Origin: Acidimicrobiales bacterium | Lineage (GTDB): Bacteria; Actinomycetota; Acidimicrobiia; Acidimicrobiales; Bin134 | Assembly (NCBI GenBank): GCA_963663255.1 | Contig: OY760141.1 | Span: 1,541,295-1,605,294 of the forward strand | DNA length: 64,000 bases | Direction: 5' to 3' | In this document: one piece after another, positions 9,597 to 18,606 of the stretch | How the letters are laid out: every line of letters begins with the position of its first letter | How positions within the stretch are numbered: position 1 is the first letter of the stretch | Made by a program: the position numbers and the translations under genes | Notes under the pieces: generated by a model | Told to the model about the DNA's origin: nothing | The model's input: the letters and a program-made list of their open reading frames with translations, nothing else | Database searches by the model: none

Positions 9597-11893
9597 GCTC
9601 GGCCGCAGGCATGAGCCCCGGCGCGCTGGGCGGGCTGAGGGTGGTGGACCACACCGATATGCGGGGGGCGCTGTGCGCCCGAGTGCTGGGCGATCTGGGG
9701 GCCGAGGTGATCCGGGTGCCGCCAGTTCCCGATCCCGACGGATTGGCCCACGCCCACCGCAACGCCAACAAGGCAGCAGGCGACCCCTCCGAGATGGAAA
9801 CCCTGATAGCCGAAGCCGACCTGCTCATCGACAACTCCGGTTTGGACCTCGACGAAGTGACCGGGCGCCATCCCCAACTCGTGGTGGTGGCTCTGACCGA
9901 CATGGGGCTCTCGGGCCCCCGCTCGGGCTGGAAGTTGGAGCCGCTGCCGGCGTTCGCCTCTTCTGGCGGGCACTTCCTGTCGGGTTTTCGGGAAAAGTCC
10001 CCGTGCTGGCACCCCGGCCATTTGGCCCACGATTGCGCCTCGGTGTTTGGCGCCGTCGGCGGGCTGGCCGCGGTGTTGGATCGGCGACGCCACGGTCAGG
10101 GCCAAATTGTGGAGATCAGCGTGCAGGAGGCGGCCCTGTCCGGGCTCAATCCCTGGTCGGTGCTGATCCCCGACTATGTGCGGCATTTTCCCGAGCTGCC
10201 CGGCGAGGGTCGTCGCAACGCCGACGGGAACTACTGGATCTTCCCGGCCCGCGACGGCTGGGTACGCACGGTGATCGGCACGCCCTACCAGTGGACCGGC
10301 TTTGTGGAAGTGCTGGGCAATCCCGACGCCCTCACCGGCCCGGAGTGGGCCGACGGGGTGTTCCGGGGCAGGAACCGTGACGTCATCCACATGGTGGCCG
10401 ATGCGATTACCTCGCAGCGGGACCGGTCCGATCTGTTCGAGCACGGCCTGGCCGCGGGAACCACCATCGGGATGATCCAATCGCCCAGCGAGTTCGCCGC
10501 CCATCCGCAGGTGGCTGGCCGGGGGTTCTTCCGCTACGACGTGGAGGGCTCTGAGGGCCTGCCATCTCCCGATGCCCCCTGGAAGCTGTCGGGCACACCG
10601 GCGGGAGTGCGCAAACCAGCCCCAAAGGCCAACGAGATCCCTTCCCTGTTCGAAGCCCGTTCCGCAGACAATCCTTGGGCACCAGGCCGTTCCAACGGCT
10701 CAGGCGACAACGGTCAGTTGTTGGCCGGTGTGCGGGTGGTGGAGTTCGGCATGGCCGCGGTGGTGCCCGAGGGCACTTGGATGCTGTCGGAATTGGGGGC
10801 CGACGTCATCAAGATCGAATCAGTGGCCCACCCCGACTCGCTGCGCTTCGCCGGTCGAGGTGACCTCGACAAGGCCTTCCCGTTCAACGCCGAGAGCCGA
10901 GGACGACGGTCGGTGGCTCTGGATATGAACACCGAGAAGGGCCGCGAGCTGGCCCTGGAGCTGTTTATGGCCGCCGATGTGGTGGCCGAGAACCTGCGGG
11001 GTGGGTCGCTGGACAAGCTTGGGCTGGGGTGGGACGACATGGCGGCCCGGAGATCCGACTTGGTGTATGTGTGCTCGCAGGGCTACGGCCGGGGTGGTCC
11101 GATGGGCAAGATGCCGGCCTATGGACCGCTCAACGCCAGCTTCGCCGGGGCCCATTGGCTGTGGAATCACGCCGATGTGCCGTTTCCGTGCGGCACCACG
11201 CTGAACCATCCCGACCACATAGCGGGCAAGCTGCTGGCGGTGGCGGTGCTGGCTGCCCTCGACCACAAGCAGCGCACCGGCGAGGGCCAGCTCATCGACA
11301 TGGCCCAGACCGAGGCCGCCGCCTACCTCATTGGCGAGGTGTACATGGGCGCGGCCGAAGCCGGCGCCGATCCCCAGGCCTGTGGCAACCGCTCAGGCGA
11401 GGTCGCTCCCCACGACGTGTACCGGGCGGGCGGCGACGACGACTGGGTGGCGCTGGCCTGCCACGATGACGAGTCGTGGCGGCGATGCTGCGAGGTGATC
11501 GGCGTGGAGAACCGCTGGCCGGCAAACGCCGACCGGCTGGCCGAAGTCGAGTTGGTGGACGCCGCCGTAGCCGCCTGGATGGCCCAGGGCCTGGCCGCCG
11601 ACCGGGCCGAGCGCCTGCAAGCCGCCAGGGTGTCGGCCATGGCGGTGATGGGCCCCTACGACCACTTGGGCGACGAGCACTTGGCCGTTCGCGGCGCGCT
11701 CGACGTGCTGGAGCACCCGGTGGTGGGCAAAGAGACCCACGTGGCCAACCCCATCCGCTTCAGCCGCACTGCCAAGCGCACCGCCGGCCCGTCCCCACTG
11801 CTCGGCGCCGACACCATCGAGGTGCTCGGCGAAGTCCTGGGCATCCCCCCCGAAGAAGTAGAAGCCCTCGCCGAAGCCGGCGTCTGCCGCTGA
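9593..11893 (+). CDS. Tandem two-module family III CoA-transferase (CaiB/BaiF type), about 766 aa
   Basis: ATG 9593 overlaps the upstream stop (ATGA). There are two full CaiB-like modules. The first starts at GLRVVDHTDMRGALCARVLGDLGAEVIRV. The second starts at GVRVVEFGMAAVVPEGTWMLSELGADVIKIES. Confidence 0.85.
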   Translation: MSSAAGMSPGALGGLRVVDHTDMRGALCARVLGDLGAEVIRVPPVPDPDGLAHAHRNANKAAGDPSEMETLIAEADLLIDNSGLDLDEVTGRHPQLVVVALTDMGLSGPRSGWKLEPLPAFASSGGHFLSGFREKSPCWHPGHLAHDCASVFGAVGGLAAVLDRRRHGQGQIVEISVQEAALSGLNPWSVLIPDYVRHFPELPGEGRRNADGNYWIFPARDGWVRTVIGTPYQWTGFVEVLGNPDALTGPEWADGVFRGRNRDVIHMVADAITSQRDRSDLFEHGLAAGTTIGMIQSPSEFAAHPQVAGRGFFRYDVEGSEGLPSPDAPWKLSGTPAGVRKPAPKANEIPSLFEARSADNPWAPGRSNGSGDNGQLLAGVRVVEFGMAAVVPEGTWMLSELGADVIKIESVAHPDSLRFAGRGDLDKAFPFNAESRGRRSVALDMNTEKGRELALELFMAADVVAENLRGGSLDKLGLGWDDMAARRSDLVYVCSQGYGRGGPMGKMPAYGPLNASFAGAHWLWNHADVPFPCGTTLNHPDHIAGKLLAVAVLAALDHKQRTGEGQLIDMAQTEAAAYLIGEVYMGAAEAGADPQACGNRSGEVAPHDVYRAGGDDDWVALACHDDESWRRCCEVIGVENRWPANADRLAEVELVDAAVAAWMAQGLAADRAERLQAARVSAMAVMGPYDHLGDEHLAVRGALDVLEHPVVGKETHVANPIRFSRTAKRTAGPSPLLGADTIEVLGEVLGIPPEEVEALAEAGVCR

Positions 11894-11921
11894 AATCGAT
11901 TCAAGCAACAAGGGAGCACGT

Positions 11922-13022
11922 ATGAAGGTCTTGGTGATGGGCGGGAGCCAGTTCAACGGCTTTTCGCTGGTCATGGAACTCGTTAAGCATGGCCACGAAG
12001 TCACGGTGTTGAACCGGGGGCGCACTGCGGTGGACTTTCCCCGGTCGGTGCGCCGACTGGTGGCCGACCGCACCGACCACGATCAGGTGCGATCGGTGCT
12101 CGGTGGGGAGAGCTTCGACGCCGTCCAGGACATGAGCGCCTACCACCCAGCCGACGTGGAGCTGATGATCAACGTGTTCGAGGGGCGCATCGGCCACTAC
12201 ATCTTCGCCTCGTCCACCGTCATCTATGGCCCCGCCAATATCCTGCCCATCACCGAGGACCATCCAGTGGACAGGGGTCCCAATCAGAACGAGTACGGGC
12301 TGCACAAGCTGCTGTGCGAGGACACCCTCATCGACGCCTGGCGCAGTCGAGGCTTCCCGGCCTCCATCGTGCCGTTCTCCATGGTGTTCGGCCCTCGCAA
12401 CATCCTCGCTGACCGGGAGCAGCGGATGATCCTGCGGCTGCTGAAGGGCCGTCCCGTGCTGATCCCCGGCGATGGCACCACGGTCGGCCAGGTGGGCCAC
12501 GTCGACGACCAGTCCCGAGCCTTGCGGATGATGATGCTCCAGCCCCAGACCTTCGGGAAGCGCTACAACCTCACCGGCGGGACATATCAGTCAGACGAGG
12601 GATACGTGGACACCTTCGCCGAGGCGCTGGGAGCCAAGGCCAACAAGGTCTTCATCCCCGCGCCGGTGATGGACGACCTGTGGGACGGCGCCCTGGTGTT
12701 CGAGGAAGGGCAGGCCTCGCCGGTGCACATCGACATCCGCAGCTCAGACACCGCCCGGTCCAACGCCGATCAAACCCGGCGAAGGTTCAAGCTGGCCCAG
12801 TTGGTCCAGCGACTGGCCCCCAACCTCCACCGCTGGAACCGCAGCGTGGTGTTCTCGGTCGACCGCCTGCGGACCGACATCGGTTGGGAGCCGGAGTACA
12901 CCCTGGCCGGCATGGTCGATCACGTGCACCGCTGGATGGTGGCCGAGGGTCTCGACGAGAGCCTCGATCTGGATTTCACCTTCGAGGACCAGATCTGCGC
13001 CCACGTGCAAGACGGGGCCTGA
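11922..13022 (+). CDS. NAD-dependent epimerase/dehydratase family (extended SDR) protein
   Basis: MKVLVMGGSQFNG Rossmann N-terminus and YGLHK (YxxxK). Good SD (AAGGGAG) 6-7 nt upstream of the ATG. Confidence 0.8.
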   Translation: MKVLVMGGSQFNGFSLVMELVKHGHEVTVLNRGRTAVDFPRSVRRLVADRTDHDQVRSVLGGESFDAVQDMSAYHPADVELMINVFEGRIGHYIFASSTVIYGPANILPITEDHPVDRGPNQNEYGLHKLLCEDTLIDAWRSRGFPASIVPFSMVFGPRNILADREQRMILRLLKGRPVLIPGDGTTVGQVGHVDDQSRALRMMMLQPQTFGKRYNLTGGTYQSDEGYVDTFAEALGAKANKVFIPAPVMDDLWDGALVFEEGQASPVHIDIRSSDTARSNADQTRRRFKLAQLVQRLAPNLHRWNRSVVFSVDRLRTDIGWEPEYTLAGMVDHVHRWMVAEGLDESLDLDFTFEDQICAHVQDGA

Positions 13023-13043
13023 GCAACGGTTCGAACTAGATCG

Positions 13044-14600
13044 CTACTTCTGGGCTCTTTCGACGGTCAAGACGTAGCCGAGGTCCTGCCTTCCTGATTT
13101 CTCGTCGATGTAGATGGCGTAGTTCCCAGCCTCGGGCGCGGTAAACCGGAGGTGCGCGTTGGTGGCAAATCCCAGACCAGTATTGGGGTCGATGTTCTCG
13201 CTCTGTGCCGCATCGCCGGTCCTGCGGTTTCTCACCGTGATCGTGGTATCAGCGAGTATCGAGTCGGTGCTGATCTCAATGACCTCGTCCTCCTTGAGGC
13301 TGATCTTGAACCAATCGGTGTCATAGGGGTAGTCGAAGAACCCATAGAAGGTCTCGACGTCGCCACTGTCCAACAAAGTGGTGCCGTCGAGTTCATCCCT
13401 ATAGGGGCGAAGCCTGACCGTGCTGTTCAACTCGAAATCGTATTTGCCATCTGACTTGCTTCTGATCCTCACGAAATGATTGCCACTGCGAAGCACTTCA
13501 AATGTGGTTCTCTCGACCCCGGTCTCGGTCAAATCTCGGGTAACGAGTGTTCTCACTGCATCGGAGACGATGATGACCCCGTCGCTGGTGCCATTGATGG
13601 CGATGGAGACCCTGGTGCCGGCGGCAGCGTTGAAAGTGAAGGCCGGGCTGTCAATGCCTTGGGTGCCGGCAACCTGGTGCTCGAAGTCCCCGAATTTTCT
13701 CGGTGCCCGGCGTTCGGTCTTGTCCTCAGGAGGCTCGTAGCTATTGATCAGCCGCTCTATGATCACCGCATCGTCAGCCGCCGACGTGGCCAGGGCGAAT
13801 CCGGCCTCGCTGAAGCTCCATGTGGAGATGCCCACTACCTCTCCTCGCGAGTTGACAAGGGCGCCTCCGCTCTGCCCGCCGGCTATTGCCGCGTCGGTCT
13901 GGAGCACGGTGAGGTTGTAGGTAGCCCATTCGCGTAAGCGAGACAAGATCCCCTGGGTGATGGCGGGTTGCGGGAACAGTTCGGGCTCCGCCGGGTAGCC
14001 CACCAAGAAGAGTTCGCTACCCGGGGGTAGATCATCTCGATCAGAGAACGTCAGCGGTCGATAGGGCACGTCAACCGGTCCCAGCACGGCCAAGTCGGCT
14101 ATGAAGTCCCGTCCAATAACCGGTACGTCCTGAAATTCGGTTCCGTCGGGGAACACCAGCCAGGCCTCGTCATAGGGCCACACCACATGATTGTTGGTGA
14201 CGATGTAGCCGCCTTCGATCAAAATGCCGCTACCCAGTTTTGACGACGTCTCGACCAGTGCGATCGAAGGCGACACCAACGCGTACACCTCAACAGGGGA
14301 TAACTCTTCGTCCTCTGCTGTGGGAGTGGGGGCGGGCGCAGGTGCCCCGGCACTACAGCCTCCCGGGACGAGGGACATGTCGATGTTGAACCAGCAGCGG
14401 TAGTTGTTGACCAGCGCGTCCTGTTGGACGATCAGCTGATCCCGGCGGGTGGTCTCCGCCTCGCTCACCGACTGGGCTCCAGCAGTGTTGGTAACCGAAA
14501 GCACCGAAGCGAAGATGGCCAATACGACCGCAACGCGGGCAGCCAGACGACGGGGTGCACCAATAGCATCAACAACTATTTGCTGACGTATCGATCTCAC
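13044..14600 (-). CDS. Secreted trypsin-like (S1/HtrA-like) serine peptidase with C-terminal pre-peptidase (PPC)-like domain
   Basis: N-terminal hydrophobic signal/anchor (VAVVLAIFASVLSV) followed by a Pro/Ala linker. Catalytic triad contexts: TNNHVV, DLAVLG, GQSGGALV. C-terminal beta-rich domain: YDTDWFKISL...GNYAIYIDE. GTG start. Lower GC than the flanks (line 13381 = 57%). Confidence 0.85.
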   Translation of the reverse strand: MRSIRQQIVVDAIGAPRRLAARVAVVLAIFASVLSVTNTAGAQSVSEAETTRRDQLIVQQDALVNNYRCWFNIDMSLVPGGCSAGAPAPAPTPTAEDEELSPVEVYALVSPSIALVETSSKLGSGILIEGGYIVTNNHVVWPYDEAWLVFPDGTEFQDVPVIGRDFIADLAVLGPVDVPYRPLTFSDRDDLPPGSELFLVGYPAEPELFPQPAITQGILSRLREWATYNLTVLQTDAAIAGGQSGGALVNSRGEVVGISTWSFSEAGFALATSAADDAVIIERLINSYEPPEDKTERRAPRKFGDFEHQVAGTQGIDSPAFTFNAAAGTRVSIAINGTSDGVIIVSDAVRTLVTRDLTETGVERTTFEVLRSGNHFVRIRSKSDGKYDFELNSTVRLRPYRDELDGTTLLDSGDVETFYGFFDYPYDTDWFKISLKEDEVIEISTDSILADTTITVRNRRTGDAAQSENIDPNTGLGFATNAHLRFTAPEAGNYAIYIDEKSGRQDLGYVLTVERAQK

Positions 14601-14628
14601 AATTTCCCGTTTCCCTTCTTGCTGCCAG

Positions 14629-15888
14629 CTATTCCGAGGTTGCCGGGTTAGAGCCTTGGCGAATGCGCCAGATCAGGATACCGGCGGCGAGCACGGATAG
14701 CCCGGTTAGAACAGAGGCGACGGGCAGAGTGAAGGCCAAGGTGACGCAGCCCGCGAAGCCGAGCCCGCTCAGCGCCTTGGGCCAGCGCCGTTGGGCGGGG
14801 GAGAGGGTCCAAGCCGAGGCGTTGGTCACGGCGTAGTAGAACAGCACGCAGAACGAACTGAAGCCAAGCACGCTGCGTAGATCGGTGAGCGATACCAGCA
14901 CGACGACCACCGCGGCCACCGCGATTTCAGCGAAATGGGGCACCTTGTAGGTTGGATGGACCTTGTCCAAGACGCGGGGCAAGTCGCCTTCGGCGGCCAT
15001 GGCGAATGTGGTGCGACTCACTCCGGCAATGAGGGCGAGGAGTGCTCCGGCCGACGCGATGGCCGCACCCACCCGCACTACTGGAGTGAACCCGTTCCAT
15101 GACCCGGCGTCGGTGGCTGCGGCCAGCGGGGCGGCCGCCTCGGCCAATAGCTCGGGACCGACGGCCCAAAGGGTGGTAGCCGACACCGCGGCGTATATCA
15201 CCAGAGTGAGGCCCAGCGCGGCAGGGATGGCTCGGGGGATGGTCCGGGCCGGATCTCTGATCTCCTCGCCTAGGGTGGCGATGCGGGCGTAGCCGGCGAA
15301 GGCGAAGAACAACAGGCCGGCGGACTCCAAGATCCCGCGAGCCCCGTGGGCCCCCCAGTCGGCCAAGTTGTCGGCATTGGTGTTGCCCCCGCCCACCGAG
15401 GCGGCGACCACCACCCCGAGGGCGATTAGCACCAGGGAGACGGTGACCCGAGTGGCCTTCGCTGTGCGAGTGATACCCCGGAGGTTGATGGCGGTTACCA
15501 CGACGACCGCGGCAATGCCTGCTAGCCGAGGAGCCTCGGGGAGGGCATAGGCCCCAAACGCAAGTGCGGATGCCGACAGGGTGGCCGACTTGCCGACAAC
15601 AAACCCCCAACCAGCACTGAACCCAGCCAGATGCCCAAGGCGCTTGCGGCCATAGATATACGTGCCCCCCGATGCGGGGTAGAGGGCGGCCAGTTGCGCC
15701 GAGGAAGTGGCGTTGCAGAATGCCACCACGCCGGCCACCGCCAGACCGATCATCAGGCCCGAACCCGCGGCGGCCGCCGCCGGCCCGATGGCGGCGAACA
15801 CGCTGGCGCCGATCATCGACCCCAGCCCCATCACGATGGCATCCCCGGTTCCCAGCCGTCGGGCCAGCCGAGTGGGTGGATTGCTCAC
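14629..15888 (-). CDS. APC-superfamily amino acid permease
   Basis: 419 aa with about 12 hydrophobic segments. N-terminal GDAIVMGLGSMIGASVF motif typical of APC transporters. GTG start. Confidence 0.85.
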   Translation of the reverse strand: MSNPPTRLARRLGTGDAIVMGLGSMIGASVFAAIGPAAAAAGSGLMIGLAVAGVVAFCNATSSAQLAALYPASGGTYIYGRKRLGHLAGFSAGWGFVVGKSATLSASALAFGAYALPEAPRLAGIAAVVVVTAINLRGITRTAKATRVTVSLVLIALGVVVAASVGGGNTNADNLADWGAHGARGILESAGLLFFAFAGYARIATLGEEIRDPARTIPRAIPAALGLTLVIYAAVSATTLWAVGPELLAEAAAPLAAATDAGSWNGFTPVVRVGAAIASAGALLALIAGVSRTTFAMAAEGDLPRVLDKVHPTYKVPHFAEIAVAAVVVVLVSLTDLRSVLGFSSFCVLFYYAVTNASAWTLSPAQRRWPKALSGLGFAGCVTLAFTLPVASVLTGLSVLAAGILIWRIRQGSNPATSE

Positions 15889-15908
15889 GATCCGACAGGA
15901 TAGGGGTC

Positions 15909-16760
15909 ATGGCAGAAGACCAAGTGACCTATGCGACTGACGGGGCGGTGGCGTCGATCACCCTCAACCGGCCGGAGGTTTTCAACGCCCTGACCGACGA
16001 GATGTTCGACCAGATCGTGGGCTTTGTCCGCCAAGCCGAGGCCGACGACGACGTGAAGTGCATCGTTTTGGCCGGAGCGGGGCGAGGGTTCACCGCGGGG
16101 TTCGATCTGTCCAGCCCCGACGACTTCTACGGCGGGGCCGAGACCAAAGGCGGGCGGTTCGCCATCGCCGGTCTGCGCCGCCGGGCGTGGGTGATGCGCG
16201 ATCTGCTGTACTCGGCCAAGCCCATCGTGGCCCGAGTACATGGGCCGTGCATCGGCGCGGGGCTCTATCTGCTGCTGGTGTGTGATTTCGCAGTGGTGTC
16301 TGATGACGCGACTTTCGGCCTGCCCGAGGAGCGCTTCGGCTCGGCGGGCACCTCGTGGCTCTATCCCATGCTGGCCTCCCAGATCGGGTTGAAGCGGACC
16401 AACGAGCTGGCGGTTACCGGGCGCAAGTTCGACGCCGACGAGGCCGAGCGGCTGGGCCTGGTCAACCGGGTGGTGCCCCGAGACGAGCTCGACGAGGCGG
16501 TGGGCCAACTCACCGGGGCGCTGGCCAGCCTGCCCCGGGACGGCATCGCCACCGGGCGCGCCGTAGCCCACTTGGCCTACGACATGCTGGGCATCGGCCA
16601 GGCATTCACCCCCCACTACGGCGTCCACCCTCTGTTCGTGATGGGTACCCGCCGCAGCCCCGACGAGTTCGACTTCCACGAGACATCGCGGGAGAAGGGC
16701 ATGAAGGGCGCGCTGGCCGAGCGCGATGAGCGCTTTGGCGGCGACTACTGGGGCTGGTAG
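15909..16760 (+). CDS. Enoyl-CoA hydratase/isomerase family protein
   Basis: MAEDQVTYATDGAVASITLNRPEVFNAL and GAGRGFTAGFDL. ATG 15909 lies within ORF 15672..16760; the upstream part is a shadow of the permease gene. Confidence 0.85.
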   Translation: MAEDQVTYATDGAVASITLNRPEVFNALTDEMFDQIVGFVRQAEADDDVKCIVLAGAGRGFTAGFDLSSPDDFYGGAETKGGRFAIAGLRRRAWVMRDLLYSAKPIVARVHGPCIGAGLYLLLVCDFAVVSDDATFGLPEERFGSAGTSWLYPMLASQIGLKRTNELAVTGRKFDADEAERLGLVNRVVPRDELDEAVGQLTGALASLPRDGIATGRAVAHLAYDMLGIGQAFTPHYGVHPLFVMGTRRSPDEFDFHETSREKGMKGALAERDERFGGDYWGW

Positions 16761-17671
16761 GCGCTCTTGGGCTGGTAGGGCACCGAGGGGTCGAAGTAGG
16801 GGCGGTCGCCGTCCACGGTGCAGCGGCGCACCTCCCGGACCTGGGGATAGTGGTCGGCCACGCCACGGTGGTTGGTTGACCGCTCGTCCCAGATGGCCAG
16901 ATCGCCCTCGGTCCACGACCACCGGCAGTGGAAGCGGGGCTGGTTGATGTGGCGCAAAAGGAAGTCGAGCAGAGCTTCGCTTTCGGCCTCGTTCATACCC
17001 ACCACGTACTGCTGGAAGTTGGTGGCGACATACAGCGCCCGTCGCCCGGTCTCCGGATGGGTGCGCACTAGAGGGTGCTCAACGCCGGGATAGGCCTCCC
17101 GCAGCAATGGCACCAAGTCCCAGCTCCCCGACTTCTCGGCCATGCTGGTGCAGAACTGGGGATAGTTGGAGTGGTGCACCTCCAGCCCGTCGATTACGGC
17201 CCGCATCGGCTCCGACAGAGCGTCGTAAGCCGAGGTGATGCTGCACCACATGGTGTCGCCGCCGTAGGGAGGAACGACGGTGGCTTGGAGCACGGCGACC
17301 TTAGGGGGCACCTCAATCCAGGTCACGTCGGTGTGCCAGTCGTCGGTGGCGGGCAGGCTGTCGGCGTCGTCGCGGATCACTGATGTAGACGGCTCGGTGG
17401 CCCCCATCATCGCCGACAGCGGGAAGATGCTGGGCTGGCCCCAGAGGGAGGCCAACTCCAGTTGGTCGTCGGCGCTCATGGGCACGTTGCGGAACAAGAT
17501 CACCTCGTGGCGGAGCAGCGCCTCGTGGACCTCGGCAAACTGCTGGTCGGTCAGGCCGTCTCGGGGGTCCACACCGGAGACCACCGCGCCCAATGATCCG
17601 CCGATCCGATCCACTTGGATGGTTTCGTATGACTCTTCAGCGTCGATGCCGGGGGTGAGGGTCATAGTCAT
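16745..17671 (-). CDS. TauD/TfdA-family Fe(II)/2-oxoglutarate dioxygenase
   Basis: WHTDVTW (HxD facial triad), GGDTMW, and a distal WDERSTNH motif. The 3' end overlaps the convergent crotonase gene by 16 bp. Confidence 0.85.
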   Translation of the reverse strand: MTMTLTPGIDAEESYETIQVDRIGGSLGAVVSGVDPRDGLTDQQFAEVHEALLRHEVILFRNVPMSADDQLELASLWGQPSIFPLSAMMGATEPSTSVIRDDADSLPATDDWHTDVTWIEVPPKVAVLQATVVPPYGGDTMWCSITSAYDALSEPMRAVIDGLEVHHSNYPQFCTSMAEKSGSWDLVPLLREAYPGVEHPLVRTHPETGRRALYVATNFQQYVVGMNEAESEALLDFLLRHINQPRFHCRWSWTEGDLAIWDERSTNHRGVADHYPQVREVRRCTVDGDRPYFDPSVPYQPKSAYQPQ

Positions 17672-17721
17672 GGGGCTATTGTGCCATTTCGTCAGCGATC
17701 AAGCCGATGAGGAGGCAACTG

Positions 17722-18585
17722 ATGCGCACTATCTTGGACGGGCTCAACTTCTCCGAGGGACCCCGGTGGCACGACGGTGCGCTTTGGTTTTCCGACATGC
17801 ACGCCCACCGGGTGGTGCGCACCGACCTGGACGGCAACGCCGAGACTATGGCGGTGGTCGACTGGGACGACCCTTCGGGATTGGGTTGGCTGCCCGACGG
17901 ACGTCTGCTGGTGGTGGCAATGTCCACCCAGAAGCTGCTGCGCCAAGAGCCCGACGGTTCGATGGTGGAGCACGCCGACCTGTCGCCGCTGGCCATCGGC
18001 GACATCAACGACATGATCGTGCGCTCCGACGGCACCGCCTATATCGGCGACATGGGTCAGAAGATCCACGCAGGGGGCGAGCGGCGCACCGCCCAGACCC
18101 TGAGGGTGTCCCCCGATGGCTCGGTGAGCGTGGGCGCCGACGGGATGGAAGCCCCTAACGGTCACATCCTCACCCCTGATGAGGCAACGCTGATCGTGGC
18201 TGAGAGTGCAGCCTTCCGGCTCACCGCGTTTGATGTGGCCCCCGATGGCACCCTGTCCAACCGAAAGGTTTACGCCGAGCTGGTCCCCGAATCGGACAGG
18301 GCACCGGTGGCCCCGCCCGACGGCATCTGTCTCGACGCCGAGGGTGCGGTGTGGGTGGCCGACCCCTTGGGCCTGCGGGTGTTCCGGGTGCTGCCCGGCG
18401 GCGAAGTGACCGACTCATACGACATGGCCCCCAAAGTCCCCGTTGCCTGCGTGCTGGGCGGCGACGACCGCCGCACCCTCTTGATCTGCGCCGCCGACGA
18501 CTGGAAGCGAGAAGTGGTAACCGCGGCCAAAACCGGTTCCATCTACGCAACCGAAGCCGTCGTCCCCGGCGTGGGAAAACCCTGA
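17722..18585 (+). CDS. SMP-30/gluconolactonase/LRE-family protein
   Basis: LNFSEGPRWHDGALWFSD and six-bladed propeller-like repeats (PDGICLD). ATG 17722 is preferred over 17707 because GGAGG lies 6 nt upstream of it. Confidence 0.8.
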   Translation: MRTILDGLNFSEGPRWHDGALWFSDMHAHRVVRTDLDGNAETMAVVDWDDPSGLGWLPDGRLLVVAMSTQKLLRQEPDGSMVEHADLSPLAIGDINDMIVRSDGTAYIGDMGQKIHAGGERRTAQTLRVSPDGSVSVGADGMEAPNGHILTPDEATLIVAESAAFRLTAFDVAPDGTLSNRKVYAELVPESDRAPVAPPDGICLDAEGAVWVADPLGLRVFRVLPGGEVTDSYDMAPKVPVACVLGGDDRRTLLICAADDWKREVVTAAKTGSIYATEAVVPGVGKP

Positions 18586-18606
18586 GCGCAGAGAGGCGGC
18601 TGTCTA

